Source of the DNA: a virus
Direction: 5' to 3' (one strand)
UHGV virus genome: UHGV-0068632
DNA length: 16,884 nucleotides
Of the stretch, positions 14,633-16,884 are shown one piece after another. The notes under the pieces are model-generated. The model saw nothing but the letters and a program-made list of their open reading frames with translations, was not told the origin of the DNA and did no database searches. Made by a program: the position numbers and the translations under genes. The first letter of the stretch is position 1; every line of letters starts with the position of its first letter.

Positions 14633-14879
14633 AGTAGTTAGCTACACAATTCGACGGGCTACCTATGCGGCGCATGTTGTGATCGAGTTCATGACACCAT
14701 TGACCAGTATATGGCAGTTTTTCAGTGTCATATACAAGATGACCATTAGCATCATAGACGATTTCTTGTGGAATCACTCCGCTATTTGGCAGGTTATGCA
14801 ATGCAGCTTCTTTGTCAACAGCGCAACCAGTAAGAGCAACAGCCGCAGCGAATAAAACCACTTTGAACATGTTTTTCAT
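14631..14879 (-). CDS. Small outer-membrane lipoprotein, 82 aa, in the Cor/Llp position (candidate receptor-blocking superinfection exclusion protein)
   Basis: N-terminus MKNMFKVVLFAAAVALTGC has a signal peptide and lipobox L-T-G-C with Ala at +2. RBS gagga 6-7 nt upstream. Encoded convergently just downstream of the receptor-binding J-like gene, where T1/phi80-type Cor and T5 Llp genes are found. Assigned by position and type, not by sequence homology. Confidence 0.7.
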   Translation of the reverse strand: MKNMFKVVLFAAAVALTGCAVDKEAALHNLPNSGVIPQEIVYDANGHLVYDTEKLPYTGQWCHELDHNMRRIGSPSNCVANY

Positions 14880-14975
14880 TTTTTAATCCTCGTTCTTGTT
14901 AGCTCATCCGGTTCATCCGGTGGCTTAAATATCCGACAAAACCACATTTCGTATATTGATATAAATCAATAAATA

Positions 14976-15023
14976 CATTTTGTATAAGTCAAAAATGTAA
15001 CATAGATCACAAAATGGTAGAAT
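14976..15023 (+). promoter_or_regulatory. Candidate promoter and conserved leader for the tail fibre gene
   Basis: cattttgtataa at 14976-14987, catagatcacaaaat at 15001-15015 (GATC at 15005-15008), and the extended -10-like TGGTAGAAT at 15015-15023, about 34 nt upstream of the ATG at 15057. Confidence 0.45.
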
Positions 15024-15056
15024 TATTCCGTTAATTAACATAATGGAGTCATTGCG

Positions 15057-16847
15057 ATGATTTATACAACGGGAACAATTGCCATTAACGGCAATACTGT
15101 TACAGGCACGGGAACAAACTTTTCCGCGCCGCTTTCTCTCATCCGTGTAGGTTGCACGCTCATTGCCATTAGCAATCCTATCCAGATCTTTACCATCACA
15201 GAAATTAAGAGCGGTACTGAACTGTCAGTGACGCCAGCGGCTAACCCTGCAATTGCTGCCGGGGCAAAATTCAGCATTCTGCTTTCTGACTCTATCTCAG
15301 TTGATGGGCTTGCCCAGGATGTAGCGGAAACACTTCGTTTTTATCAGGAAAAAGAAGACGAAATATCCAGCGCAATAGATGGCAGCAATATTGGCTTAGG
15401 TCCAGAGCCGCGCGATTGCGTCGATATATCAGGCGATCCGTCTTCTTACGTTGGCTTTTTGCGCATAAAGGAAACGACTAAGGGTTTTCCTTCTGTAGCG
15501 GCTGGTGAATCATTTTTGAGTGGATTTATCTGTCAACGAGACACGACGCCTTCATATACAGGCGTCTTTGTCGGTTGGGCTACGCGATCACTTTATACGT
15601 ATACATGGGTCGCAACATCAGGTCCGAACTGGACACGACACGCAAGAAAAGATGAGGTGGATAGGCTTGTTCAAAGAACAGGAGAAACTCGCGTACGCGC
15701 TCAAAACGCAAATAAATTCCTTACCGTCTATGATTCAGGATCGTGGGGTTATTATGACTCAGAGGCTAGTAAATGGCTACCGCTTCCAGTTCTTGCTGGA
15801 GGCACTGGTGCGGGAAACGCAGAAGAAGCAAGAAATAATTTAAATCTTGGTGAAAGCAACGCGGTTAAATTCAAAAACCTTACGTTAATAGGGGCGCTAG
15901 ATGCAAATTTAGGCATGCTCGTAAAAACTGGAAGAGACTGGAATACTCAGCACACTGACAATATCCAAAAATTTATACCAATGGCAGGAAGCACAAACGG
16001 ACCCGCCGGAGCAATGGTACTCGGTGGCTTCCATGTGCAATACAGCACAAATTACGCTGTGCAATTCGGGGGTCGAAATTCCGGTTTTTGGGGTAGAACA
16101 ATTGAAAACGGAACAGTTCAGGAATGGCGTCAACTAGCTACGCTTAACACATCCGGTCAAAAATGGACTGCCGGTCAGCATTTTGTGACGACAAAAATTA
16201 ACTCTTATGATTTCACAAGACGTTTAACTATCGATGTGATAGAAAACGCAAAAACAAACGCACGGTTACGCTTATGGGGATCAGAAACAAGGCAGTCCGT
16301 TTTAGAATATGGACTCTCGAACGCTGAAACCGATGAGTATAATACATATGGCTTTTATTGCCAGCTTAACCCAGACGGAGTAATTAGTTTTCAGGTTAAC
16401 GGCGTAGTAAACTGCACAGCAGTTAATCAGACTTCAGATCGCGATCTGAAGGACAACATTCAGGTTATAGGTGATGCAACTGAAGCAATCCGTAAAATGA
16501 ACGGGTACACCTACACCCTCAAGGAAAACGGCCTGCCTTACGCTGGCGTTATCGCTCAAGAGGTAATGGAGGCGCTGCCGGAGGCTGTGGGATCGTTTAC
16601 TCATTACGGTAAAGCATTACAAGGCCCGACCACTGACGGCAACGAGCTACGCGAGGAAACGCGTTACCTCAATGTTGACTACGCTGCGGTGACTGGTTTA
16701 CTTGTTCAGGTGGCACGCGAAACAGATAACCGCGTCACCGAACTGGAGGAAGAAAACGCCAGCTTACGAGCTAACATTGCCGTCATGGATGAGCGGATCA
16801 CAAAACTTGAAGCGCTTGTCAGGCAGTTAACCGGAAGCGAAGAATAA
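15057..16847 (+). CDS. Tail fibre protein with C-terminal intramolecular chaperone (peptidase S74-like) domain, 596 aa
   Basis: RBS ggag 9 nt upstream. The C-terminal roughly 135 aa (TSDRDLKDNIQVIGDATEAIRKMNGYTYTLKENG...AGVIAQEVMEALPEAV...) matches the conserved self-cleaving chaperone module of endosialidase and T5 L-shaped fibre proteins, and ends in a coiled-coil (LEEENASLRANIAVMDERITKLEALV). Confidence 0.85.
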   Translation: MIYTTGTIAINGNTVTGTGTNFSAPLSLIRVGCTLIAISNPIQIFTITEIKSGTELSVTPAANPAIAAGAKFSILLSDSISVDGLAQDVAETLRFYQEKEDEISSAIDGSNIGLGPEPRDCVDISGDPSSYVGFLRIKETTKGFPSVAAGESFLSGFICQRDTTPSYTGVFVGWATRSLYTYTWVATSGPNWTRHARKDEVDRLVQRTGETRVRAQNANKFLTVYDSGSWGYYDSEASKWLPLPVLAGGTGAGNAEEARNNLNLGESNAVKFKNLTLIGALDANLGMLVKTGRDWNTQHTDNIQKFIPMAGSTNGPAGAMVLGGFHVQYSTNYAVQFGGRNSGFWGRTIENGTVQEWRQLATLNTSGQKWTAGQHFVTTKINSYDFTRRLTIDVIENAKTNARLRLWGSETRQSVLEYGLSNAETDEYNTYGFYCQLNPDGVISFQVNGVVNCTAVNQTSDRDLKDNIQVIGDATEAIRKMNGYTYTLKENGLPYAGVIAQEVMEALPEAVGSFTHYGKALQGPTTDGNELREETRYLNVDYAAVTGLLVQVARETDNRVTELEEENASLRANIAVMDERITKLEALVRQLTGSEE

Positions 16848-16884
16848 GAGGTGATGTGCGAAGAACATCGCCGCGCGAAACGAG

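Noticed and set aside
16851-16884. Possible start of a further gene after the tail fibre (GTG at 16851 or ATG at 16854 following gaggtg)
   Set aside because: Only about 30 nt are in the window and the RBS spacing is too short for the ATG. It cannot be supported from this fragment.
1-16884. Integrase, transposase, attachment sites, tRNA or rRNA genes
   Set aside because: No ORF with recombinase or transposase character and no tRNA-like structure was recognised. Whether the window is from a prophage or a virion genome cannot be decided from this sequence.

Overview
This window reads as the tail-morphogenesis module of a lambda-like siphovirus (phage or prophage). On the + strand the genes run in the classic order: tail tube protein, chaperone-position gene, tape measure protein, then gpM-, gpL-, gpK-, gpI- and gpJ-like proteins and a tail fibre with a C-terminal intramolecular chaperone domain. 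The gpM/L/K/I/J calls rest on my recollection of the lambda proteins, not on a search. The unusual part is that this operon is interrupted at four junctions by small opposite-strand gene cassettes (1335-2426, 4957-5678, 6431-7624, 14631-14879), each bounded by a hairpin terminator and a divergent intergenic region carrying a shared motif family. Those cassettes are the best candidates for an undescribed accessory system: a basic 84-aa protein with a tentative RelE/ParE-like pattern, a five-gene operon with an acidic 115-aa protein and a possible HTH protein, and two lipoproteins, one in the Cor/Llp position beside the J-like gene. All functional calls on the cassettes are hypotheses. No rRNA, tRNA, CRISPR array, integrase or transposase was recognised. 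Several small ORFs with good ribosome-binding sites fall below the supplied ORF track's length cutoff and were found by hand.
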